Source: the human T2T-CHM13v2.0 reference genome, Homo sapiens
DNA: 64,000 bases
Reading direction: 5' to 3' (one strand)
Assembly (NCBI RefSeq): GCF_009914755.1
Contig: NC_060936.1
The notes beneath the pieces are model-generated. The model worked only from the letters and a program-made list of their open reading frames with translations, was not told the DNA's origin and ran no database searches. A program made the translations under genes and the position numbers. Shown one piece after another: positions 13,492 to 26,878 of the stretch. How positions within the stretch are numbered: the first letter of the stretch is position 1; every line of letters starts with the position of its first letter.

Positions 13492-13676
13492 AAACTGTAC
13501 CTAAAGAGTATTTAACCTTAGTTTCTCCAGCTCTCACAAATATGAGAGTATACATGAAGGAATGACTGAAAGAGAGGGATCTGGAATCAGATTGCTCGAG
13601 TTGTAATCCTGGATCCTACACTTTCTGTCAAGTGACCTTGAATGATTTAGTTCAATTACATCTGCCTCAAAAGTCT
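13492..13676. repeat. Left arm of a ~180-bp inverted duplication (partner 14514-14691)
   Basis: The reverse complement of 14514-14691 aligns end to end with about 9 substitutions and 3 indels. Confidence 0.95.
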
Positions 13677-14125
13677 ATGGACTAAGTAGGATCCATTGCA
13701 TGGAACTGTGATGGCAGTGTATCACCAGTGAAACCTAAAAGACTATTTTATGAGAAATTCTGTAAGACGTTAAGAGCCAGGATCAAGATCTTGATATTTC
13801 CTTCCACACTTCCCCAAGCAATGGGTGGCAATGGCTGGGAGCTACCGTAGCAGCACTGATGTCTTTTGGGAGACTGTGGTGTCTGGAGAACACTGTGAAG
13901 TGAATGAGTAAGTTGTCAAGGAACTGGAACAGAAGGAAGAAGCCAGGGCTACTTCAGAGCAGCTCCACGGCCAATTCACTTCACTTGTTTGTGGCAGGTA
14001 GTGGAATTCTTTAGGGAGCTGGAGTCCCACATAGGAAGACAGGAAAAAAAAATGTAAAAAAAAGTAATATTTTTGAGAGCAAAGTCCTTCATTTAATCCA
14101 TACAATAACCTTATGGATTACATAC

Positions 14126-14483
14126 TGATATGGTTTGGCTGTGTCCCCGCCCAAATCTCATCTTGAATTGTAACTCTCGCAATTCCCAAGTGTTGTGGGA
14201 GGAATCTGGTGGGAGATGATTGAATTATGGGGGTGGGTCTATCCTGCGCTGTTCTCATGATAGTGAATGAGTCTCATGAGATCTGATGGTTTTAAAAAGG
14301 GGAGTTTCCCTGCACAAGCTCTCTTGTCTGCTGCCATGTGAGATGTGCCTTTCACCTTCCACCATGATTGTGAGGCTTCCTCAGCCATGTGGAACTATAA
14401 GTCCAATAAACCTCTTTTTTTTTTTAATAAATTGCCCAGTCTTGGGTATGTCTTTATCAGCAGGGTGAAAACAGACTAATGCA
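14126..14483 (+). mobile_element. THE1 (THE1C-like) solo LTR inserted in an antisense MIR
   Basis: TGATATGGTTTGGCTGTGTCCCC...GAAAACAGACTAATGCA; 5-bp TSD CATAC at 14121-14125 and 14484-14488. Confidence 0.95.
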
Positions 14484-14513
14484 CATACTAATCTTATCCT
14501 CATTTTCCAGAAA

Positions 14514-14691
14514 AGACTTTTGAGGCAGATGCAATTGAATTAGTTCAAGGTCACTTGACAGCAAGTGTAGGATCCAGGATTACAACTTGAACAATCTGAT
14601 TCCAGAGCCCTCTTTCAGTCATTCCTTCATGTATACCCTCTTATTTGTGAGAGCTGGAGAAACTAAGTTAAATACTCTTTAGGTACAGTTT
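14514..14691. repeat. Right (donor) arm of the inverted duplication; includes the 5' half of an antisense MIR
   Basis: Aligns to 13492-13676; the MIR continues beyond this arm through the THE1 insertion to ~14085. Confidence 0.95.
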
Positions 14692-15224
14692 TCTCTAATA
14701 AAGTTCACAGAGTTGGAAATATCTAGTTTCACAGTAGATCTCTGCAACAGAATTAACCATATCCCCAGAAAAGTGCATACACATGTTAAGAGTAATTACT
14801 ACCCAGGGTATTATAATATCTTGTGGCCAGCTGATCGTTTTTAAAGACATGCTCTTTGGGGAAGAAGCATTACACCAAGGGATGCATTAACATGAAAACA
14901 AAAACATGCTTAGCAGCTGCATTTTTTTTTAATATGAAAGTCTTAGAAAAATAAGCACAACTTTCCCATCCTCAAATTTTTCCATATGGTATGATATCTG
15001 TGGATTAGGGGATAGATAGAGAATTGAATGACCTCTTAATACGATGAGATGTAGCAGAAAAATAAATGAGGGGACTGTCCTTTTTTTGTGAGGTGGTGCT
15101 TCCAACCTAGAAGGCCGAATCAAAAATAAGTCCCAATAAAACTTAATTTATGTATTGTCTTTCTCCTGAATAATTAAAAATGGCTTCATAATTAGGTTAT
15201 GCATCACATAGTCCTTTAAATCTA

Positions 15225-16330
15225 TTCATTAGCTTCTTCAGGCAGTGAATATTTTTGAGCACATATTGTGTATGGTTAGAATCACTATGTTAGGTGTTGT
15301 CAACATAAAAATGAAAAGACACTATCACTGTCTACTGGCTTATAGAACTCCCATCTAGTGGAAGAAAGAGGTGAAAAGGCAGCTAAATATGCTAGAACAA
15401 TGTTATTTATTTGCACAGGGTATTATTGAGTTATTTAACCTCATCCTGAGGGCTGGGGACAGGAATATTGGAGGAGTAAGAAAAAAGTTTCCGTCAGCTT
15501 GAGGATGGAACTCCTTTTCTGAGTGCTACAGCATGCATGAAGTCAGTCAAGCATGTGGTGGGAGGCAGCAGTCCCTTCATGTGCAATTCATGGAGACAGT
15601 TGGAGCCAAGGGGGAGGTGAGAAACATGTCAGTATCTCAGTGTGTGGGTGAACTCGGAGCCACCTAGAGTCTCTGGAGCTCAGGCTGGGAGGGATCCGGC
15701 TAGAATGGCAGCAGCCAGGAGCCCACTCGTGGGAGGTCTTGTGTACTATGCTAGACTCTGCAGACTGAAGCCAGTGGGAGGCAACATTTTCACTGCTTTG
15801 CGGATGTGTAGAGTATTTTTTCGCAAAGTTAAATTTATTCAATGGAAAAAACTGGCCATTTTTTTCCCTGAGATTACAGTACTGTACGTTGTGTGTATGT
15901 ATGGTTTAAAATGATCTTTTCTGAAAGGATTGTGATAGAAGATGACATTTTAAAAAGTAGTCCTTCCTTAGCAAAATGTAAATGTGGCATCTTCCTGTAA
16001 GTTTTTAATATTAAAAAAAATTATCCTGGTCTGTAAATTGAAGAGACAGAGCTACTGCTGCAGGGAAAGCAGTAAGTGGAGAGATTTAGCAATAGGATAG
16101 CATAGCTGGATTTACACTTTAAATAGTTTTTTCAGCTGTGTGGAGAGGAATTTGAGGGAAACCAGACCAAAGGTAGGGAGATAATTGATGAGGTTAATGA
16201 TCTAACCTAGGAAAGAGACGATGAAGGTCTAATCTAGCACTGAAGCAGTAGGAAAGATGGGGATTGGGGGACAAATTAAAAAATATATTTATAGGATAAA
16301 AGCAGGACTTGGTGGCTGGATACAGGAGGA
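15225..16330 (-). mobile_element. L2 fragments (interrupted)
   Basis: L2 3' end ATATTTTTGAGCACATATTGTGT and downstream purine-rich L2 body. Confidence 0.6.
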
Positions 16331-17216
16331 AGGGAGAGGAATGAATATCACCATTCCCTTTCGCACCATATCAAGTGGTGAGATTTTTCATGTTCATGGA
16401 GTGGCTGAGGCTACTTGGGGGCAAACAGATATTTGCTCCCATTTCTCTGTCCAATACAATTGACAGAAAGATGGAGGAAGGCAGCAAAGTGACCTTCATG
16501 CAAGACCAGCTACCTTCAGGGTCAAACCACTTTGGAAAAAAGTCTCCATAGATACCAGCTTTAAGTTTGGTGGAAACAGAAGCTTTTGATTGTGAGAGGG
16601 ACCTGGTATAAAACAAAGTGGCATGATGGGGGAGCTGAAGGGATAGCCACATAGGAAAGACATTGTAAAAGCCCAGCAGTGGACCAGGACAGATGTGAGT
16701 CACATGTATGATGCTTGCCTTGCTTCTTTACATAATCAATGCAAGTGCTAATGCCTTATCACCTCTTCTCACTTCTTCTAATTCCTACAAGGAATTGAAA
16801 GTAGCAGTCAGCTCCGGCAAACGGTCATAGCTCAGATGAATCTTGGTTGTAAGGGCAGCCATAAACCTTTTGCCATCTTAGAGAAAACAGATTTAACTGT
16901 GTATTTGATTTCCATTCTATCACAAACTGTGTATTTGATTCACAGCTTGTGAAACTACACTGCTTTCACTACTGAGGCAGAAACCACACCCTAAAAGGTA
17001 GTTAAGTGCTCTCTGGAAAAAGAAATTTCCTGTATTTACGGATGGTGAATTAGTTAATAAACTAGAATTCAAATTGCAGGTCTTCTGACCACGGATTGTG
17101 ATCAACAGAACGTAATATTACAAGTTAAAATGCTGAAGCCTCCTGATAAGGAGCTGGTAAAATATACAACACAGTCTTCAGAAGACTGCTGGGAAAAGAC
17201 TTGTTGAATGATAATA

Positions 17217-17252
17217 AAAACTCAGGAGACAAGGCCTTGTCTCCTGAGTTTT
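17217..17252. repeat. Perfect 36-bp palindrome with no spacer
   Basis: AAAACTCAGGAGACAAGG|CCTTGTCTCCTGAGTTTT is exactly self-complementary. Confidence 0.97.
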
Positions 17253-17749
17253 GATTCTACTTGACTCTGGGAAGAAAGTATGTTTGAAATGTGGAAAACA
17301 GTCAGGACTTGAATTTCAGAAGGCTGCATCATGGCATATTACAGCAGAAAATTAACTCTGAAGGAATTACAATGTGGAAATAAAATTAAGAGAGAGGCAC
17401 TGAAGATGAGGATGCTGAAATGATCTTGACTTCAGGGAATGGCATGCCTTTGAATTCAACAACCAGTAGTCACACTGAAATATTAACAATCATTCTTCAC
17501 AGTGTGCACTTATGGGGCAGGATGTAGAATTGCATTATTCTCTCTGAAATGACTCCACCCCATTCTCTTAAAGTAGTAATACTGTTATGGAGTAATGGGA
17601 GCTAGGTGACTTTCAGTTACATTTACTTTCAGAAAGTAAATGGTGGACTTATAGGAAATTAGCTGATAAAAGTTCATGAAACAACACACTCATCAGGGAC
17701 ATGCTGAGTGCTGATACTCTGTGGGCAATCCCCAACTGTGGGTGAAGTT

Positions 17750-18245
17750 GACCTGTTACCTATGCAACATCAATTTTTTTTTCCTTCCACCTTCTAACAG
17801 TACCCAAACTTCTCTTTGGGACATCACTGTTCTCCCTACTGTGTAGTAGCCCTATAATTCTGCTGCATTGACCCACCTCCAGCTGCTTACCCCAGAAGGA
17901 TACTCTCATCTTCCACGACACAAAAATTGGTTGAGGGAACCCAGGTCTGAGTCAATCAGTGCATGATATGACAATGACCACATGGGTGGCTCAATCTATG
18001 TGAAGCTCTAGGGCTTCGTGGATATGAAAAAGGAAGCAGGCAGTTCTGGTTGCTGTTGGCAGCCATCTTTTGATCATGAGAGCAGCTAGTTTGCAGACTA
18101 AGCCCATATAAGAAGGAGAGAGAGCCAAGAGAGCTGCAGACAAGTGGAGCCAGAGTCCTGATCAAACCAGATTCACTGCCTGCCTTTCCCAGGGAATTTC
18201 CAACTCCATGGTACAGCAGATCCCTTTTATAGTTTGCTAGTAGGT
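17750..18245 (+). mobile_element. MLT1 (K/J-like) MaLR LTR
   Basis: GCTGTTGGCAGCCATCTTTTGATCATGAG and AGAGCCAAGAGAGC...CCTGATCAAACC blocks. Confidence 0.65.
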
Positions 18246-19386
18246 TTGTTTGTTAGGTCATTGGTTGGTTGCTTGTTTGCTTCGCTGAGGTAGGGGGATG
18301 AACAGAAGTGTAAAGCTTGGTTCTATGTCTTTACATTTACACAAGTATTAACTTTAGTTCTCTATCCTTAATTGTGGACTGACTGGGTTTTTTCCCTTAC
18401 CGTTTTCTAGCAGGCAATACTATCAAGATAATTTTTTTTTCCTTTTTAATTTGTAGATATTTCATGCTGAAAAATCTGACATTCTTTTTCAGGGTCTATT
18501 GAGGGGAAAACAAGATGGCCCTTAATGCCTGAGAGAGCAGGGAGAAAGACTTTCAGACTGTAGGGAGGCCAGAGCTTCCTCTGATTCATTCCCCAACCAC
18601 AATCCTGTTCCAAGGCTTCCCTAGACGTCAAGACATCATTTTATGTACATTATTAAGAGGTTGGTCCTTGAGCTTAAGACTTCTCCATCAGTGTGATTCA
18701 GACCAGTATAAAGATACCCGAGTAAGTGATGAAGTGGGTCTGTCATGAGCTTACATGCACAGAGGGCTGAGAGTCTTCTAGGGGAGATCTAATTCTCTGG
18801 GAAGTCCAGGAAACAAGCTTGATATAGTGAAGAAACCCATAATTTTTAGAGCAGAGACATGATTCAGAGCACAGCTCCATGTGGACTCACATGTAGTTCC
18901 TGAGATGGGAAAGAAAGGGCTGTGGGTAAGAAATGAAGGAAGCTAAAAAGGAAGAAAGGGGGAGGGGTGGGGATGGAAGGAAAGGAGAAAGAATGTGGCT
19001 GGGTGTGAGTGATCTTCAGGGGCTGAGATTCTGCTGCTTTTCCTGATGTAGCTGTGTCTCTAGCCTGGTCAGGGTAATGGTGAACCCAGAAGTGCTGACA
19101 ATTAGTTAAAACAAACAAAAAAAGCAAACACCCCCAAACTCCATGATGATAAAATAAAAAGGAATCAGATAACAGCAGAAAATATTGCTAGAGACTACAG
19201 CAGAAATTGTAGCTAGAAATATCACCTAGAAGAAAGGCTGCAATTTCATATAAAATTACTGGTTCTTCAAACATTTACCAGGTATCAAAACTGCTCTCAC
19301 TGGAAAAAATGTGGGAAAAAACTTTGTTCCCTTCTAGTGCAAAATGATTGCAATGTAATGTTTTTGTAGAAGAATACCAGCTGTAG

Positions 19387-19812
<426 letters not shown>

Positions 19813-20249
19813 TAGATGTCACAGGACAGAAACTCTCAAGGACTAAATTTAGATGCTCAAATCGCATGGCAGATTGGATCTATCTAGAACATTTATCAAG
19901 GTGTAAAGGAAAAGAGATATGAGGTGAGTGATGACAGGGTAGGGTGGGAGGACCATGGGAGGACTAATACTAAATCCTGTATTATACAATTGCTCATATA
20001 TCCCCTTTTTTTTCTTTCCCTTCAACTCTACCTTTTCTTCTCCTCTCCCTCTAACTCCACTTCACATCAGTTTTTTTTTTTGCTAATGGAGCTGTGGTTA
20101 CAAGGACCAGAACTTCAACAAGGGATGTAGAAAGCTGAAAATGTCTGGAGTCAATGCATGTTTGTTCCATTGGAGAGGCAGGGGAGCAAGAACACCTGGC
20201 TACAGCTGTACTTCGCCAATTAGTTTGCTGGAGAGCTGTGAACTTTGTC

Positions 20250-20597
<348 letters not shown>

Positions 20598-21049
20598 TAG
20601 AGATGACAAAACCGTCAGTCTGCAAGTGGCTTGATTTATGCCTTAGGATTTAGTCCTTCCACCTTTTCTCTTTATAATACTCTTGAGTGTTCCATCTTTT
20701 GAAAAATCACATAATCCATTCTACTTTAACATGTCTTAATGGTTGTTGGCTATCTATAGTGGACAAATCTTGTGAATTCTGCTCATGTCTCACATACCTG
20801 CTCACTCACTGTGTTTGTTCAGCACATGGTCTAAGTTTTATCCATCCTACTTGCTTTTGTTTGCAAAAACAGAACTGGATATTTTCAATTAATAGTGAGA
20901 ACACATTACAGAATAAGCTTTGCCTGCCTCACACAGAGAGCCAATTCCCACTTTCACCATCACCTACAGTTCAGTGAAAGAATGGAGTGAAATGAACTAA
21001 AAACATGACATCTATCCTGTAGCATCTTAGGAATCAAGAATGACCATGA

Positions 21050-21860
21050 CAACTGCTGCTATCATGTTTCACTGAGTGCTTACTCTTGGAAAAAATGTTT
21101 GACATGCATTATTTCACCCCATCCTCATAATGAACCACTAGGTAGGTATTACAATATTGAGCGTTCAGGTAACACAACAGAGGCTCAGAAGAAAGATGAC
21201 TTGTCAGAGTCAAGTGGCATGTGGAGAGCAGAGCAAGAAAAGGAGCCCCAAACTCTCTTACCCCAAAATCCCTCTTCTGGTCACTGGGCTAGGGTCTTCC
21301 ATTCCCAGAGCCCCATCAGGGATTCCAGGTATTCTTCTCCACCATGCCCTGCTGTGATCTCCTCGTCTTTACTTCTGAGTGATGTACATCTCTGAGCTCC
21401 TACAGGAACCTCCAGGATGGCTTATTCCTTGTGTGCTCATTTAAATAATGATGTGACATTAAAATCCAGGTCACATATGAAGCAAATTAACAAGGATTAC
21501 TTATTTAAAATGAAGTCAAAGATCCACACAGTATATTTGATCAGATAGTGGATGTAAATGTCTTGTGAACACTATATGAGAAGGAATGACCACATTGTTT
21601 AGTCAGACAAAAAAATACAGCTAGAGAGAGGCAGCATGACATTCACAGAGGACAGTGCTCATGAGATAAGAGAAACACACATGAATGTTATGAGCCAGAT
21701 GCTGTACATGTATTATTTAAAATCCTCACAACCACTTTGAACGATGGATATTACAGAGAGGAAAATGAGACACAGCCTGGTTAATAACATGCTCCAAGTA
21801 ACTCAGCTAAGAAGCAGTGGGACTGGGTTTTGATACCAGTTTGTGGCTGTTCTTTCTGCC
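21050..21860 (-). mobile_element. Two MIR copies (~21050-21280 and ~21690-21860)
   Basis: ATCCTCATAATGAACC...GAGGCTCAGA and AATCCTCACAACC...GAGGAAAATGAGACACAG antisense cores. Confidence 0.7.
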
Positions 21861-23223
21861 ATACCAACATGTACCATATGGCAATAAGGAAGAGAGAATG
21901 TGGAGGCTAGAAGGGAAACTAGAGGCCTGTAGAATACTTTTCTTATAGAGAAGGAAATGGAAGTCTTTGAAAATGGAAAATATAAAATCAGAATTATAAG
22001 TCTCCGACTAAAAAGGAAATTACATTTGGATAAATGAAAATAAAGCAACCTCGGTTTATCAAGTTTAGCCAAGTTCAGTACAGTATGTTTTTCCATGTCC
22101 TGAAACGTTAAAAAAAGCCTCGGGTCATTAGAAAGATCATTAGCTGGATTTATTAAGCTAAAAACGAAGGTCTCAAGTCAGATTGCTATTTACTGAATGT
22201 TCTGTGCTCTCCCACCCATGGTCTAAAAAGAACTCTCAAGTTTATTTGGCACATACTCATGTGTTTACAAGTACAAATCTTAATTTCTTTGCATCCATGG
22301 ACATCAAGTTTTGTAAAACAAAGCTTAAGTAATTGTAAAATGCCATAGAACATGACTAGGTTAGAAAACAGTAATATTTTATCAGTTGTATCTACTATAA
22401 ATAATTTCTCATCTCTTAACTGCCAAAGTTGAATTTTCTACTGGGATTCTTATTTTTTCCTTCCCTGCCTTGTATTACTTTCCCTGCCCCCCTGCTGACT
22501 ATAATATTGTAGTTTAACTTCTGATGGTTGCAGTAGTTGTCGTAAGTGGTATCTCCAGACTGCAGCTGTTTTTGACAAGCTTACATGAAAGAAAAACCTA
22601 TCCGACAGCTTCTAAATCTGAACGCATTATGAAGTTGCATTCATCTACAGGTTACAAAGTGAGTTAGTGGCAGAATGGGATTGAAACTGAGGCAGGGGAT
22701 GTGTAGGAGAGCGGTCATAAATTTGTCTCCACAGACAACTGGTTTTGCATCTAATTTCTGACAAAGAGAATGACCTAATACAGCACTCTAAAGCAAAAAT
22801 AATCATTTTTTGTTAGCAGCCTTTAATTGGCTTATGTAATTGGTCAGTATATTCAGTCACCTGGGAGTACATTTTTTTTCAGTTAAATTATGTTAAAAAG
22901 CTCATCAGAAAGTTTCATTGTTTAAAATTTGACATTTCAAGCATTTATGAAGTTTTAATGGTTGTGGTGGGAAATTGTTAACTGGTACTTTTGGAAATTT
23001 CAGGCTAAAGGAATATCTTGAGCTTTCATTGTGTAATTGTGAGTGGGACCAGTACCAGAACCGTTTTCTGAGGAAAGCTGGACCCAGACCAGGGGACTCC
23101 CTCAGCCTATTTCTGTGCAAAGGTAAGGTAGATCTCCATAAAGAACATGAGCCCTGGCTTGGCATCTTGATTTTTGCAAGATAACATGCTTGTGCTATCT
23201 TCTCCTCAGCTGCTCAATGAATC

Positions 23224-23394
23224 TTTTTTTTTTTTTTTAGAAGAGGGTCTCACTGTGTTGCCCAGGCTGGAGCGCAGCCACGATTCACAAGGATGAGCAT
23301 AGCACACTGCAGCCTCGAACTCCTGGGTTCAAGTGATCCTCCCACTTCAGCCTCCCAAGCAGCTGGTACTACAGGCATGCGCCACCATGCCTCG
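23224..23394 (-). mobile_element. FAM (fossil Alu monomer)
   Basis: Single monomer retaining the 7SL-derived segment GATTCACAAGGATGAGCATAGCACACTGCAGCC, which dimeric Alu arms lack in this form; poly-T tail. Confidence 0.8.
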
Positions 23395-23895
23395 CTTTGC
23401 TAAATCTTATTGAATTATTTTTGCCAGGAAGCATAAATCCAAATTCCTGGTGACCAACTCTCAAAGGAGTGCCTTGAGGACAGGAGCCACTGATTTCTCC
23501 TTGTGTTTCAAATTCTATCCCAGAAACAAGCCAAATCATGAGGACCAGCATAGTATGGGTCTTCATGACGCACACTTTCTGAATTGATCTCAGATGCTCT
23601 GGCTCTTGCATCTTGTTGGGCTAACTAAATAGCTGGGTGATGATCACTGTTGAATTTATACCCACTGGCAAGTCTCCTCCTTTGTGTCTTGTATAAAGCC
23701 TATTTTGCCTGCTGTTTGGTGGGTAACAGTTGCAGTGGCAGAAACCAGGGGAGTTTGCCTTATGTTCTCTGGTCTTGGTGGCCACCTGCTGGTTGGTTAT
23801 TCCCTCTGATTGGTCATTTGCCATTAAGTGGGTTGGTGACAATGGATATTTGTGGAACAGTTGTCCACCATTTTCTGAATACCTACTCAAAGATC

Positions 23896-24340
23896 TGTTA
23901 CTGAACGCCAGGGGTTTGGTCTAGGTCCCATTGTTTGCCCCACAAAAAGAAACAACGTGTGTTGCCAGGGAACAAGGCTTTATTATTTTATGGGTGATGT
24001 CAACCAGGGAGATGGGAGCCAAGTCTCAAATCCATCCCTCCCTCTCAACTAAGGTCAGGGGTTTACATAGCTGGGAAGGAAAACAGAAGGGGCAAGGAAG
24101 AGGAGTTGGTCAACAGGCAGCAGGTGGTTGAATGAAGGGTCCAGCGTCTTATTGTAACCACGTATAAGAAAATAGGAATTAGGGAGGGGTAAGAAGGGGA
24201 ATTGATCAACAGGCAACAGATGCATCTCATTGTCTGGGTGCAGTGATCTAGAAAGCCTCAGCTCCCCGATGGCATCTGAGAGGCCTGGCGATCGGTTTCC
24301 TGAGAAAAGATGGAAGTGTAAAATTGGGCTGGCTTCGGAT
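23896..24340 (-). mobile_element. ERV1 LTR, MER31/MER67-like
   Basis: TGTTACTGAACGCCAGGGGTTTGGTCTAGGTCC...GTCTCAAATCCATC matches the recalled antisense LTR end. Confidence 0.7.
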
Positions 24341-24434
24341 CTTTTCTTCTGATTGTTGCCTTGTTTCCTAAATATCTCCTCCCACGGTCCTCCTTGTGGT
24401 TCCCTTCCACAGTCCTCATTGCTCAGTACTGCCT

Positions 24435-24742
24435 CTTTTCTTTTTTCTTTTCTTTTCTTTGAGACACACTCTCGCTGTGTCACCCAGGCTGGAGTGCAGT
24501 GGGACGATCTCAGCTCACTGAAACCTCTGCCTCCCAGGTTCAAGTGATTCTCCTGCTTCAGCCTCATGAGCAGCTGGGACTACAGGCACACGCCACCATG
24601 CCCGGGTAATTTTTGTATTTTTAATAGAGATGAGGTTTCACCATGTTGGCCAGGCTGGCCTTGAACTCCTGACCTCGAGTGATCTGCCTGCCTCGGCCTC
24701 CCAAAGTGCTGGGATTACAGGCATGAGCTACCGCATCCAGCC
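24435..24742 (-). mobile_element. AluS element
   Basis: Full antisense dimer with a (CTTTT)n tail. Confidence 0.97.
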
Positions 24743-25453
24743 CAGCATGGCCCATTTCTTCCACAGAACAACATCATTCATGAGGGATAAAAGCATTCTG
24801 GTCCCAGGCCCTTCTGCTTTCTCAGGCTTCTCTCTCCTGGCTCTCACCAGTCTCTGTATCCACTCCAACTTCTACTGACTTCTCAGGAGGGAAAGCTGAA
24901 CACTAGTCTCAGTTTAGGCAAGGAGGAGGCAGTGGTGGAGCTTTAGCTCTATTTGAGGTATCTAAAGCCAAGCATGTTTCCCTATTAGGCTCAACTACCC
25001 ATTATGTACAAATGGGACTTCAACACACATGTCAAGTACAGTGGAACCAAACCTAGTTTAATCTAGGCTTAATTCCAGTTGGAAGTGAGGATTTCTACTT
25101 TCACATGCTTCTTCCTGTCTCAAATCTCAGCTCTAGATCTCCTAAAACCAGTTGTTCAAATGGCTTGGGGCATTTTTTTCAAGATGATTTCCACGGGAAA
25201 AATTATACAATTTTGATAAGAGATTTAAAAAGAGAACCTGAATTAATGGAGAGACATATCATGTTTATGGAAAGGAAAAAAAATATAATAAAGACACCAA
25301 TTGTTCCCAACTTGAATTATAGATTCAATGCAATTGAAATCAAAACCGTAAAACTTTCTATGCTTATTTCACCACTTATATGGAAGGGTAAAGGGTCAAA
25401 AGTAGCCAGAATGCTTCTGAAGTAGCAGGTATCAGAACTTACTATGAAGCTGT

Positions 25454-25956
25454 TGAAGGAAACTAAAATATTTCACTCCCAAATATATTTTCTTGATTTA
25501 TTTTGAAATGGCTGCTGCAGGGCCAGCAGATTGAGTTGGGAGGGTATTGCATCTGTAGAGAATCCTCATTAATGTAGCCAGACCTTCCCTTTCTAGGCAT
25601 TTCCCAGCCCTAGGTGAGGTTAACTGAGTCTGGCACCTTTAAAGGTCTGAAGAGAGACATTTACCATCTATTCTCTGAGGACTGCTATCTATGAGGCTTC
25701 AGCCACATAACAAGGCCACCTTTGCTAGCCAGGCCACCTCCTTTTAAACCTCTCATTAAACCTGATTTACCAACATAACCTGTTCTTGGCCATGTTCTGA
25801 GCCCTCACTCTCTCTATAACCTCAAGATGGTATATAAGCTTCTGTACCTTATTGTCAGGTTGGGTCTTCCTTCTGAAGACTCCTGTGTATTGTGCCTTTG
25901 CAAGTTGATTTTTCAGTGAAACTTCAGAGGGCCAAGATTCCCCCTTGGCTCCCACA
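25454..25956 (+). mobile_element. MER34-family ERV1 solo LTR
   Basis: TGAAGGAAACTAAAATATTTCAC...CCCCTTGGCTCCCACA with 4-bp TSD CTGT. Confidence 0.85.
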
Positions 25957-26378
25957 CTGTAGTGATTAAGATAGTGAGATAACAGCAGGGGGATAGATAT
26001 GGGGTAGATATATACATCATATCAAAGTACTCCCCAAGTTCTTATTGATTAGATATTAAGTAATAAGTTCAAAATTATTATATAACTTTATAGTAGAGAA
26101 GTTTGGCATACATCAAATTAACCAGGTATTAAAAGTTCACTGCGCCAGTAATGGGACAAATCAACGTCATGTGCCTCCTCATGTGCTGCACCGAGAAGGA
26201 CACAGTATCACTTCAGCAGTGTTCTGGGGCCAAAAATGTAAAACCTCAAGTTGCTTATGAGTAAACCCCAGCCAAACTCAAAACAATGGACATTCTACAA
26301 AGCAACTGGCCTGTACTTTTCACAGGCATTGAGGTCATGAAAGACAAGACAGAAGAGCTGCTCCAGAGTGAAGAAGAC

Positions 26379-26878
26379 CGAGGAGAGCAAAGACCACCAC
26401 GAGGCCATCAAGCAGACCATCCAGAGACAAAACTCCTTTTCTGAGGAATTCAAGAGTAATTAGACTTCTCTATTATCTAAAGCTGACATCTGGTAGCAGG
26501 CTTCTTTCACCCCAAATGTATAAGTAATTAGAACTTCTATACATCTCTGGAATGCATGCATGTTGAAACTGACTGTGTGACCCTTGATGACATCAAGGCA
26601 CCCAAATGTCTACAAATGTAATCACTTATCATGACTATGTGGCTAATATGGTTTAAATTACCCTTAACTCCCACTTTAAGGTCCATAAATACCCCTAAGG
26701 AAAAAATCCACCATGGTGCACTCAGTCCTCTCTTGCTGAGATGCCCGGCTGTACTCTTCTGTAGCATTCCATCTATCAAAACTTTCCTTTTCAAAACCAT
26801 GCTGTTGTGGATAAATTATTCTTACTCCCTGTGAGTCAGTCACTTTCCATTGCTGAGGCTCTGACACCTCGCCTGACA
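26379..26878 (+). mobile_element. ERV1 solo LTR, MER84-like
   Basis: GAGGAGAGCAAAGACCACC...CATAAATACCCCTAAGG...CTCTGACACCTCGCCTGACA, ~500 bp, interrupting L1MC. Confidence 0.7.

Noticed and set aside
15640-15900. Locally raised CpG content as a possible promoter
   Set aside because: Only about 6 CpGs in 250 bp within or next to old repeats; far below CpG-island level.
24055-24567. 170-aa ORF and other Alu-type ORFs (7112, 19387, 34157, 45532, 59741)
   Set aside because: Translations of Alu or LTR sequence, a classic annotation artefact.
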